Source: Chthoniobacteraceae bacterium
GTDB lineage: Bacteria; Verrucomicrobiota; Verrucomicrobiia; Chthoniobacterales; Chthoniobacteraceae
Reading direction: 5' to 3'
Assembly (NCBI GenBank): GCA_031409335.1
Contig: JANNWY010000326.1
Coordinates: 1-22,587, forward strand
Length of the DNA stretch: 22,587 nucleotides
The notes beneath the pieces were generated by a model. The model was not told where the DNA came from. It did no database searches and was given only the letters and a program-made list of their open reading frames with translations. The translations under genes and the position numbers were made by a program. Positions 14,283 to 22,515 of this stretch are shown here, in pieces. The stretch's first letter is position 1; each line of letters starts with the position of its first letter.

Positions 14283-17200
14283 CTAGCGGTTCGCGCTTGC
14301 GACCCACTGCCTGCCGATTGAGTCGAGGTCTGGCGCTGCCGTGCCGTTGTGAGCCGCGGAAAAGTAGTAGGATTCGATCGTGGTGATCGCCGTCGAAAGT
14401 TCGGTGCGTAGATGCGGCGAGAGCGCGAGCGATTCGTCGGAATGCATCCGGCGGAGCAGGTCGAGCGCGGTGAAAGGGGTGACTGTGCCGGGCAGTGCGT
14501 ACGCGATTTTCGCCGGGGCGGCGGAAGCGCGGGCGCGCAGGCGTTTCACGATGAAAAAGCCACCGACCAGCGCGCCAGTCCCGAGCAGCGCCCATTGCCA
14601 GATCAGCGCGCGATTCAGCGGCAGGCCGGAGAGGGACAGCTCGGGCGCGGCATCGGCGAGATCCGCATCCACGTAGCGTTTGTAGGCGACTTTCAGATCG
14701 GCGCGTTTGGGTTTTGGGAAAACAAATCGCGCGGTGCCGCCGGGTGATTTTTCGGCACTCATCTTCACCACCCAGTTGCGTTCGCTGGCCGCGGCGAGAT
14801 CATCTTTTTCGCTGTCGAGCCGCTGGACCGCGGGTCCGCTGTCCTCGGTGCCATCGACTTTGAAGCCCGCGGGCGTGAACTCGAACAGTTCATCGAAATC
14901 CGGCACGAGCCCGCGCGCGGTCGCCTTTACTTCGAGCGTCAGCCGGCCTTCGTTCAGCGCGCGATCGTCGAGCGTCTGCGTCACGTCCATCTCGACGACG
15001 GGCCGCGTCGGTGGAGCGTCGGGGCGGGCGTCGATGAGTGGCACGGCGGATTCCACCGGCAGCACGACCGGCCCTTTGCTATCGAGAAAATCCACATCGA
15101 GCCGCAGCGACGGGAGGCGATCGACCGAGGCGTCTTTCGCTTTCAGCAGCAGGTACGCGAGCGGCGTTTCGCGCCATCCCGCGCGACCGTATCCGCGCGA
15201 CTGCACCTTTTCGTCGTGGAAGGTGATGCTGAGAATCTCGAAGCCTTCGTTGAGCTTTTCGCGCATCTGCTTTTCCAGATCATCGCGGTGATCGACTGGG
15301 GCGATGCCGTAGCGGTTGTAGTAGCCGCTCTGCGTTTGGTTTTGCAAATACTTGCCGAAGCCGCCCTGGTTTTCGCGCTCCAACTCCGCCGTGTGCCGCA
15401 CGCCGAAGAACACGCCGAACGGCTTGCCGTGGCCGACCGTGGTGTCGCCATCGACGCGCACGTTGAGTTCGATCTCGCGCAGCAATCCCGCGTGATATGC
15501 CGCGAGTTTTTGGATTTCCTCCGCCGCCGGGCGTTCACCGATCACGCGCAGCGCGGCGGTCATGTAGCGCGCCTTCAGATTTCCGGGAATGCTGCCCGCG
15601 TTTTCGGTGACGGCTTTCGCCAGCAGATCGAGATGCCGCGCCGCGGCGTCGCCCGGCAGCGCAAGGATCGCGGCCCTCACGCGATCGAGCTGATTCATGC
15701 TCGGCTCCTGCTGGCGCGTCACCATCGCGAGGTCGCTCGCGCCGAGATTTGCGTTCAGCCAGTATTGGAAAACGGCGGGCGTTTCATCTTTCGGCGCCAA
15801 CTTTGGAAGGTTCGCGCTATAGAGTTCCGCCGCGTGTTGGAAGGCGGTGAACGCACTCTCGCGCTTCTCCACATAAACCGAGAGATCGACTTTTTTTCCG
15901 TACTGAAACTCCGCCCGATCGAACTGCGTCGTGGCCTGTAAAAGATGCAGGCTCCACTCGTCCTTGCGCGGTTCGAGTCCCTTCCGGATGAGACTTTCGA
16001 GCAGCTCGTAACCGGCCAGCACTTCCGCTTCGATTTGCGCATCCGTGCGCTGCGTTTTCGCCTGCTGCTGCACGTTGGGCTTGCGCCATTGGCTCGCGAG
16101 CCGTTCGCGCATGGTGTGCAGCACGCCCCCGAGCGTCTCCGCTTTCACCTCCGGGATTTTGCCGAGCGCGAGTTCGATCGACTCCTCGCGGAAAACCTCC
16201 GCCGGACTGTGCGCGGCGGTGAAGGCGGTGACGATCGCGGAGTCTTCCAGCGGCGGAATCGCGAGTGCGCGCAGCCGTTTTAGCATGACGGAGAGTCCCT
16301 CCAGATAGCGCTGTTGCAGGGCGCGCGTGAGCGGAATGCCGCTCTGCTGATTCATGTAGATGCCCTGGCTGGCATAGTAGCGCTGCATCTGCTGCTGCTG
16401 CCCGCGATTGGGGTCGCGCGAGGTCGCCCAAACGCCGAGCAATTCATTGCCGAGCCGCGTCGCTTCTTCCGGCAGGAAAGGCGCGAGCCGCTCGATGAAC
16501 GTGAGCGCTTTTCCATCGTCCTCCAGCTTCAAATGCGCGGCGGCAAAAGTCGTGAGCGCCCGCGGAACCAAGCTGGGATCGAGGACCGCGAGCCACGCTT
16601 CATCCGGCGCGGCAGGCAGCACGTCGGAAAGGGGAATCGGCTGGAGCTTGTTTGGATCGATGTTTTGCGTCCGCTGGTTGCCGTAGTAAATCGGATTGCC
16701 GTACATGTCCGTCCGGTTTCCCTGCTGCTGCGGCGGCACGTGGAGCCCGCGGGAATAGTCCGCCTCCTCCATCCAGTTCATCGCAAAAAGATCGAACCCC
16801 GGCTGCCACTGCGCGCGCTTTTCCGAGAGGGGCAGCAGCGCATCCACGACCTGCCGCTGCATCGTCAGATTTTTCTGGCGCTTCCCCGCATCGCGTTCGG
16901 CGCGGGCGTTCGCGACTTGCTGGCCGACGGACACGAGCATCTTCATGCCTTGCTCCGCATCCTTGGTGAAAGTTTCCTTCAGCCATTGCGTCGCTTCATT
17001 CGTGGGTAAAAAGGGAAGCAACTCCGCGTTGCGCAGCGAACCGCGCTCGCGCATGTCCGCCGGGCAGTCTTTCGCGGCGAGCATCGTTTGATTGAGCTGC
17101 CAAGCGCGCGCGATTGAGGCGGCGTCGTTTTCCTGTTTCCCCTTGGTGAAAGCGCAGCGCACATGCTTTTCGAGCAGTGGAAACGAGGCGGCTTCGCAAC

Positions 17201-18074
17201 CGGCTTCGAGCGGGGCGAGAAATGGGATCGCGAGCAGATCGCGGCTGGCATCGAGCAAAAGTTGCGCGGCACGTTCGCGCTTCACGGGATCGGTGCCGCC
17301 GAATTGCAGCGTCCCTTTTTCGAGCCGTTTCAGCAGCGGATCGGCGAACGGACTTTTCTCCAGCGCCCGCCGCAACAGCGCGCCGAGCTGGCTGATCTGA
17401 TCGGCGGTGAGGTCCGCCGGGGTGATGTCGGCCAGTTCCAGTACATCGTCCTGGAGTAGCGTTGGCGACGGTTTGGGACCGCCGAGCTGCTGCTGCTGTT
17501 GCTGCATCTCCGCGGTGATCGGGATGCGATCGAGATCCTTCAGGATATGGGAAAACGCGATGGGCGCGCTTTTTGGCGGGAGCGTTTTCAGGAACGCACC
17601 GACTTCCCGCCAGCGGCCCGCGACGACGTTGAGCCGCAGGAGTTCGGGCGGCTTCGGCGGCGTGACGGCGGACGCGGCCAGCGCGGCGTGGGCTTGCAGG
17701 ATCAACGCGGCATTGCGATCGAACTTCAGCGCGAGAAACTCCGCGACTGCCTTTTCCTCGGGGGTCTGTGGCTTCGGTGGTGTGGCTGCGGGTTGCGCTT
17801 CCGCCGTTGGGATTTCGGGGATTTCGGGAACTTCCTCCGGCGAATCCTGAGCGAAACAACTCACTCCGAACAGAATCGTAGCGAGGAGGAATCCGGGTAG
17901 CACGCGCGTCCCGCGCGTTGGTTTTGGCGTCCCGCCGAAACGAACTTCCGATGCCGCGTCGGTCTCGAAAACGCGAACGAACTCCAAGGCGACGCGTGAA
18001 AGAAGTGCGTGCTGGCGGGACGCCCGCACCAACGCGCGAGACGCGCGTGCTACCCGGATTCCGATGGCGCGCAT
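14283..18074 (-). CDS. Large exported, C-terminally membrane-anchored protein (helical/TPR-like N-terminal part, BatD-like beta region); last gene of the vWA operon
   Basis: 1263-aa ORF starting 8 nt after the previous stop. It has a signal h/c region FLLATILFGVSCFA-QD, a TM segment IWQWALLGTGALVGGFFIV followed by KRLRAR, and a short tail. The start could alternatively be the GTG at 17903. Confidence 0.85.
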   Translation of the reverse strand: MRAIGIRVARASRALVRASRQHALLSRVALEFVRVFETDAASEVRFGGTPKPTRGTRVLPGFLLATILFGVSCFAQDSPEEVPEIPEIPTAEAQPAATPPKPQTPEEKAVAEFLALKFDRNAALILQAHAALAASAVTPPKPPELLRLNVVAGRWREVGAFLKTLPPKSAPIAFSHILKDLDRIPITAEMQQQQQQLGGPKPSPTLLQDDVLELADITPADLTADQISQLGALLRRALEKSPFADPLLKRLEKGTLQFGGTDPVKRERAAQLLLDASRDLLAIPFLAPLEAGCEAASFPLLEKHVRCAFTKGKQENDAASIARAWQLNQTMLAAKDCPADMRERGSLRNAELLPFLPTNEATQWLKETFTKDAEQGMKMLVSVGQQVANARAERDAGKRQKNLTMQRQVVDALLPLSEKRAQWQPGFDLFAMNWMEEADYSRGLHVPPQQQGNRTDMYGNPIYYGNQRTQNIDPNKLQPIPLSDVLPAAPDEAWLAVLDPSLVPRALTTFAAAHLKLEDDGKALTFIERLAPFLPEEATRLGNELLGVWATSRDPNRGQQQQMQRYYASQGIYMNQQSGIPLTRALQQRYLEGLSVMLKRLRALAIPPLEDSAIVTAFTAAHSPAEVFREESIELALGKIPEVKAETLGGVLHTMRERLASQWRKPNVQQQAKTQRTDAQIEAEVLAGYELLESLIRKGLEPRKDEWSLHLLQATTQFDRAEFQYGKKVDLSVYVEKRESAFTAFQHAAELYSANLPKLAPKDETPAVFQYWLNANLGASDLAMVTRQQEPSMNQLDRVRAAILALPGDAAARHLDLLAKAVTENAGSIPGNLKARYMTAALRVIGERPAAEEIQKLAAYHAGLLREIELNVRVDGDTTVGHGKPFGVFFGVRHTAELERENQGGFGKYLQNQTQSGYYNRYGIAPVDHRDDLEKQMREKLNEGFEILSITFHDEKVQSRGYGRAGWRETPLAYLLLKAKDASVDRLPSLRLDVDFLDSKGPVVLPVESAVPLIDARPDAPPTRPVVEMDVTQTLDDRALNEGRLTLEVKATARGLVPDFDELFEFTPAGFKVDGTEDSGPAVQRLDSEKDDLAAASERNWVVKMSAEKSPGGTARFVFPKPKRADLKVAYKRYVDADLADAAPELSLSGLPLNRALIWQWALLGTGALVGGFFIVKRLRARASAAPAKIAYALPGTVTPFTALDLLRRMHSDESLALSPHLRTELSTAITTIESYYFSAAHNGTAAPDLDSIGRQWVASANR
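17888..18062. repeat. GTAG-type REP doublet (REPIN-like) located in frame within the 5' end of the large CDS
   Basis: ~61-bp inverted arms ggaatccgggtagcacgcgcgtc(c/t)cgcgcgttggt-nnn-ggcgtcccgcc-nnn-acg-n-acttc (8 mismatches). Each arm has GTAG followed by a short palindrome. Confidence 0.88.
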
Positions 18075-18082
18075 CGCCAGTT

Positions 18083-18802
18083 TTACGATCCGCCGCGCGG
18101 CATCTCGCCCGTTCCGCCGCCGCGCGCATCCTTCGGCTTTTTCTCACCCGGTTTTTTGCACTGACTCCGGCACTGACTGCGGCATTTCTGGCTGACGTTC
18201 TTGCAGCCCTGGCAAACCTTCGGCAGCGGCAGGCTTTGCAGTTCGCTGAGGTCCATGCGTTGCAGCCGGATCGCAGCTTCCAGGTTTTCCTGCTGCCCGA
18301 TCGCGCCCGCCGGATCACTCGCGAGACTGTTCTCCGCGAGCAGCCGGAAATTCTGCCGCGCGCTTTCCGCCTGGATCATCCATTCCGTGCTTGATGCGCC
18401 TTCGAGCCGCATCAGCCATGCGGCGTAATACTCCGCGGTCGCGAGATTCGTCCGCACATCATCCTGCCGCGCGGCGGGCGCGTTTGCCTTTTCCATCTCG
18501 GCGAGCATCCCGTCCATCTCCGCGATGGCTTCGGGGATTTCCCCGATCTGCATCCGCGCCTTGCTGTGCGCCAGCCGCAATTGCCAGCGCGCGGCGGTGT
18601 CGGACACGGGAGTTTTTTCGAGCGCCTCTGCGTACGCGGCGACGGCGGCGGGCCAGTCCTCGGACTGCTCGGCGCTCTGTGCGATCCCCATTTTTTCCGC
18701 GGCGACATCGCGGGCGAGGCCGCTCTGACCGGGACCGTAATGATACGCGAGCAGCGCGATCGGGGTGAGGAGCCAGCAGTAGAGGAGCAGGGTCTTGCGC
18801 AT
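18083..18802 (-). CDS. Membrane-anchored TPR-like helical protein with a Cys/Lys-rich C-terminal tail (BatC-like position)
   Basis: N-terminal hydrophobic anchor (LLLYCWLLTPIALLAY), TPR-like AVAAYAEALE and EAIAEM segments, and the tail CQGCKNVSQKCRSQCRSQC. Confidence 0.8.
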   Translation of the reverse strand: MRKTLLLYCWLLTPIALLAYHYGPGQSGLARDVAAEKMGIAQSAEQSEDWPAAVAAYAEALEKTPVSDTAARWQLRLAHSKARMQIGEIPEAIAEMDGMLAEMEKANAPAARQDDVRTNLATAEYYAAWLMRLEGASSTEWMIQAESARQNFRLLAENSLASDPAGAIGQQENLEAAIRLQRMDLSELQSLPLPKVCQGCKNVSQKCRSQCRSQCKKPGEKKPKDARGGGTGEMPRGGS

Positions 18803-18835
18803 ATTTGGTCTCGGTTTGAGGTGATCTTAAACATC

Positions 18836-19840
18836 TTACTTTTGCAGAACAACGGGCTCTTGAACATCCTGATTTCTTCGCGCCCGGACGCCTGCTTTCC
18901 ACGACGTTCCGGCGAGCGCGAGCAGTACGGGCAAAGCGGCGAGCAGCGCCGCGCCGATGGCCACGCTCGCGAGCGCGAATTCACGGCGGCTTTTGCCGGT
19001 TTCATCGCGCATCGGCAGCGTTTTCGAGAGCGCGTCGAGTTGCGCGGACGGCAGATGCTTTTCGTTGATATCGTGATACGCCCCACGCAGTCGGGTCGCG
19101 AGCTGCCGCAAAGTCGGGGCGTCCTGGCGGGAAAGATGACCGTCGATGTTTTGCCCCGCGCGCGCATTCCCGACGCCCATGATGACGACCTGGCTGATGG
19201 CTGGCGGCAGCGCGGGCAGGCCAGTGTCCGGGATCGCGTCGCCGTCGCTGATGATAAGCAGCGTCGTGCTGCCCGGCTGCCACGATCGCGCGAGCACGAC
19301 GGACTCCTTCACTCCCGCGATCAGCGAGGTTTTTCCTACGTTGAAAGCCATGTCGAGCGGCAGGTCGTTGAGCACATTTTTCACGACCTCAATGTCATAC
19401 GTATCCACGACCACGGGTTTCGCGGTGGTGTAAAATGCGACGACGCTCACGCGCAATTGATCGAGCGCGATCCGCTCCAGCACGGACATCGCGACCTCGC
19501 TGGCGCGCGCCGCGCGGGTCTTGTCGCGGGCAGGGCCGGCGTCCTTCAGCTTCATGCTCGGGGAAACATCGAGCGCGATGATGAGGTGGCGGAAACCGCC
19601 CTCGGGCACGAGCGTCGGTCGCGCGACTTTCGGCGCGAGCAGATAGAGATGGATGAGGCCCCACGCGAGCAGCGTCGCCGCGATCGCGCGGAGAAACGGC
19701 GCGCACTGTGTCCACGCGCGCGCACTCGCGACCGGACCGAAGGCGAGCCGCGCGACGCGGGCGCAGCGGCGCGCGTGCAGCCATTCGCCAAGCGCGGCGA
19801 GCGCGGCGACTGCGACGGCGATCCATTCGGGAAATTTCAT
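18836..19840 (-). CDS. vWA-domain membrane protein (BatB-like)
   Basis: MIDAS DVSPS, T (GKTS), ISDG, with N- and C-terminal TM segments. The start is placed at ATG 19840 (MKFPEWIAV), downstream of the REP pair. Confidence 0.88.
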   Translation of the reverse strand: MKFPEWIAVAVAALAALGEWLHARRCARVARLAFGPVASARAWTQCAPFLRAIAATLLAWGLIHLYLLAPKVARPTLVPEGGFRHLIIALDVSPSMKLKDAGPARDKTRAARASEVAMSVLERIALDQLRVSVVAFYTTAKPVVVDTYDIEVVKNVLNDLPLDMAFNVGKTSLIAGVKESVVLARSWQPGSTTLLIISDGDAIPDTGLPALPPAISQVVIMGVGNARAGQNIDGHLSRQDAPTLRQLATRLRGAYHDINEKHLPSAQLDALSKTLPMRDETGKSRREFALASVAIGAALLAALPVLLALAGTSWKAGVRARRNQDVQEPVVLQK

Positions 19841-19855
19841 GCGCGCGGAGTGAAA

Positions 19856-19932
19856 GTGGCGCGGGCGCCCCGCCCGCACACTGCGGTCGAGGCGACCGCA
19901 GGACGGCGTGGCAGCCGGGGCGGCTGCCCTAC
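19856..19932. repeat. Short GTGG/GTAG REP doublet with a central hairpin between the two vWA genes
   Basis: gtgg-c-gcgggcg-ccc-cgcccgc on +; gtag-ggcagccg-ccc-cggctgcc on -; central ctgcggtcg-agg-cgaccgcag. Confidence 0.75.
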
Positions 19933-19946
19933 TGGCGTGCGCGCTT

Positions 19947-20861
19947 TCACCACGGCGTATGGCGCAGCCCGAGCAGGCTCAGCATTTGCATTCCAAAAAG
20001 CCCGAGGCCGCCGCATGCGAAGGGCCAGAAGAAGTCCGCCGGCTCAGGCGCGGACGGTTTCACGCGCGCCGGTTTCATCTTCTCGATGCGCTGGAAAACT
20101 TCCCTCAGCGCCGCCGGATCGCCTGCCGCAAAAGCCTGCCCGCCCGTCATGCTCGCGATCGTGAATGTCTCATTCTGCGGAGCGCCGTCGGCGACATGGA
20201 TGTAGAACATCACGATGTTATCCGCGCTGAACTCAGCGCCGATTTTCTCCGCCACGCCGCCGCTGAGATCGTAGCTCTGGCCGTCGGAAATCAGGATTAC
20301 CATGCGGTCGCCCTCGGGCCGTGCGGCGAGGACTTTTTGCACCGAGCGCAGCGCATTGCCGATACGCGTGCCGCCCATGTAATCGGGCATTTTGTCCGGC
20401 CGCAGAAACGGCGCGGAGTTTCTCAGCGCCGACAAATCGCGGGTGAGGGGAACCCAATGCAGCACCTCGGTGCCAAACGCGGTGAGGCCGAACGAGTCGC
20501 CTTTGCGATATTTCGTGAACTCGATGATCGCCTCCAGCGCCGCGTCGGAGCGCGTGCCGCTGCCGTAGCCGGCCATCATGCTGCCGGAGACATCGAGGCA
20601 GAATTGCAGGTTCGTCATCACGCGCGCGTCGGCGGTCTGCGCCATGCGCTGCGGGCCGGCGAGGAGAATGATCGCGACCGCGAGCAGTCCCGGCGCGGCG
20701 AGATTGAGCAGCTTCACGAGCCGTCCGAGAAAACGACCGTGACGCGGCTGGCCATCATCGAACGGCAGCACGATGCGATGGCCGATGCGCCGCCATTCCC
20801 AGACCGCGAGCAGCAGCGGAAGCGCGAGCAGCAGCAGGAGAAAGGGGCGCGCGAAGCTCAT
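19947..20861 (-). CDS. vWA-domain membrane protein (BatA-like)
   Basis: BatA-type N-terminus MSFARPFLLLLLALPLLL..LAGPQ, MIDAS DVSGS, GGTRIG, ILISDG, IASMTGGQAF and a C-terminal TM. The ATG at 20861 overlaps the upstream stop (ATGA). Confidence 0.92.
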   Translation of the reverse strand: MSFARPFLLLLLALPLLLAVWEWRRIGHRIVLPFDDGQPRHGRFLGRLVKLLNLAAPGLLAVAIILLAGPQRMAQTADARVMTNLQFCLDVSGSMMAGYGSGTRSDAALEAIIEFTKYRKGDSFGLTAFGTEVLHWVPLTRDLSALRNSAPFLRPDKMPDYMGGTRIGNALRSVQKVLAARPEGDRMVILISDGQSYDLSGGVAEKIGAEFSADNIVMFYIHVADGAPQNETFTIASMTGGQAFAAGDPAALREVFQRIEKMKPARVKPSAPEPADFFWPFACGGLGLFGMQMLSLLGLRHTPW

Positions 20862-21637
20862 GAAGTCGGTGTGTTTCGGTAAGGCGCGAGCATGGTTTCG
20901 AGATCGACCTTCACCGTGCCGGGACGCCGATGCAGCCAGTCTTCGAGGGCGCGGAGCAGCGCGCCGGCTTCGGGATGTTCGCGCAGGCGCGGCATCGCCT
21001 CGGCGGGTGCGAGGTTTTCGAGATCGAGCCGCTTGCGCCAATGCGCGAGCAGGAGCCGTTCGAGTTCGGCCTGCTGATCGCCGCTGAGTTTTCCCGTGCT
21101 CGCGGAGGCCACCAGCGGACGCAGCCGATCCGCGATCGTCGGTGGTGCGGCGGTCGCGCTTTTTTCCACGAGCTGCGCGCGTCCACGGCGAATGAAGAAA
21201 AGGGGAATCGCCGCGAGCGCCCACAGCGCCGCCGCACCGCCGATCAGCCAACGGTAGCTCGGCGGCTTCGCGAGTGGGGCATCGCGAGTCGGATTCAGCT
21301 CGCCGTTGTGGCCGTACGGCAGGACGCCGGAAATCATCACGCGGAGTGGTGGCAGGTCGCTCGTCGGCGCGCCGTCATCGCGGAGCAGATGCGAACGCAA
21401 ATCAAAGTTGCCGGGCACGAGGCCCATGTAGCGCAGATCGTATTGGATGAACTCGCCGCGCACTTCCGCAGACGCGATGCGAAGGGTCAGCGCCGCGTTG
21501 CGTTCCGGCGGCTTCGCCTTCAGCGCGGGCGGCGGAAGCAGCACGTTCAAGCGGCCTTCGATGCCGACGCTCGGGCCTTCGGTTTGCGCGTGGCAGACGG
21601 TCGCGAGGGCGAGAAAAATGACCGGGAATATTTTCAT
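20858..21637 (-). CDS. Exported single-pass membrane protein of the MoxR/vWA operon
   Basis: Signal MKIFPVIFLALATVCHA and TM WLIGGAAALWALAAIPLFFI-RR. The ATG at 21637 overlaps the DUF58 stop (ATGA), and its own stop overlaps the next ATG. Confidence 0.85.
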   Translation of the reverse strand: MKIFPVIFLALATVCHAQTEGPSVGIEGRLNVLLPPPALKAKPPERNAALTLRIASAEVRGEFIQYDLRYMGLVPGNFDLRSHLLRDDGAPTSDLPPLRVMISGVLPYGHNGELNPTRDAPLAKPPSYRWLIGGAAALWALAAIPLFFIRRGRAQLVEKSATAAPPTIADRLRPLVASASTGKLSGDQQAELERLLLAHWRKRLDLENLAPAEAMPRLREHPEAGALLRALEDWLHRRPGTVKVDLETMLAPYRNTPTS

Positions 21638-22500
21638 CGCGCGCCTTTCCCCACGTTGTCGCGCCGCCGCAGGAAGCCGCGCAGTTTTGGCAGAAAGGGA
21701 ACGTCGGTCCGCAGCAAAAGATGATCGATGCCACCGCGCCGCAGCTCCCGCGTCATCACGTCCTGATCGAGCCAGCGGCTGCGTCCGTGCGAGACGAAAT
21801 GGCGTCCGCTCTCGGCCTCTTCGCCGCGGAAAATTCCGCCACCGATGCGCCCGAGTTCGGCGGGATCCTGCAACTGCAACACCACGCAATCGTGTTCCTG
21901 CGCCATCAGCTTCAGCGCGGAAATCGCACCTTCCTCGTGCAGATCGCTGAGCACCACGACGAGGCTGCGATTTTCCAGCACGCTGGAAAGTTCGCGCACG
22001 CGCTGCGCGAGCATCGTGCGTTCGTTCGTGCGGTAGTGCCGCAGCGAATGCAGCCACATGAAAACGAGTTCGCGCGAGAGCGAGCATTGCGTGCCGACGG
22101 TGCGTTCGCCGCAGCCGATCACGCCGACCGGGCTCATCCGCGCGAGGGCGGAAAGGGCGAGCCCGCCCGCGAGCTGCACGGCCCACGCGTATTTGCTGAG
22201 CCGCTGCGAACTCACGCACATCGACGCGGAGGTATCGACGAGCAGATAGACGGGCATGCGTTTTGGCGCTTCGTATTCCTTCACATGCACCTTGCCGGTG
22301 CGCGCCGTCACGCGCCAGTCGATCGACTTGATCGCATCGCCCGGCTGGTAGAGCCGCGACTGCACATACTCGATGCCCGAGCCGAGAAACGGCGACGAAT
22401 CCGTGCCGTAGCTGAGGCTGTCCGCGAGCCGACGGACAGCGAGTTGAAATTGCCGCGCGTCGAGATGATCGCAGGCATCGAGTTGCGCGTTCATTTCCAC
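21634..22500 (-). CDS. DUF58 domain (vWA-like) protein, MoxR-associated
   Basis: GSGIEYVQSRLYQPGDAIKSIDWRVTAR..VKEYE..LLVDTSASM..VVLSD..DPAE, the DUF58 signature. The start is GTG 22500 or ATG 22494. Confidence 0.92.
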   Translation of the reverse strand: MEMNAQLDACDHLDARQFQLAVRRLADSLSYGTDSSPFLGSGIEYVQSRLYQPGDAIKSIDWRVTARTGKVHVKEYEAPKRMPVYLLVDTSASMCVSSQRLSKYAWAVQLAGGLALSALARMSPVGVIGCGERTVGTQCSLSRELVFMWLHSLRHYRTNERTMLAQRVRELSSVLENRSLVVVLSDLHEEGAISALKLMAQEHDCVVLQLQDPAELGRIGGGIFRGEEAESGRHFVSHGRSRWLDQDVMTRELRRGGIDHLLLRTDVPFLPKLRGFLRRRDNVGKGAR

Positions 22501-22515
22501 TCCGGAATTGGTGGC

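Noticed and set aside
10865..20882. Long antisense or alternative-frame ORFs (e.g. 10865..12274, 12501..14123, 16996..18318, 18566..20164)
   Set aside because: Arg/Ala-rich shadow ORFs expected in high-GC coding DNA, with no recognisable motifs.
20862..22219. Long N-terminal extensions of ORFs 19947..21251 and 20858..22219
   Set aside because: They overlap neighbouring genes in other frames; ATGA-coupled starts at 20861 and 21637 fit better.
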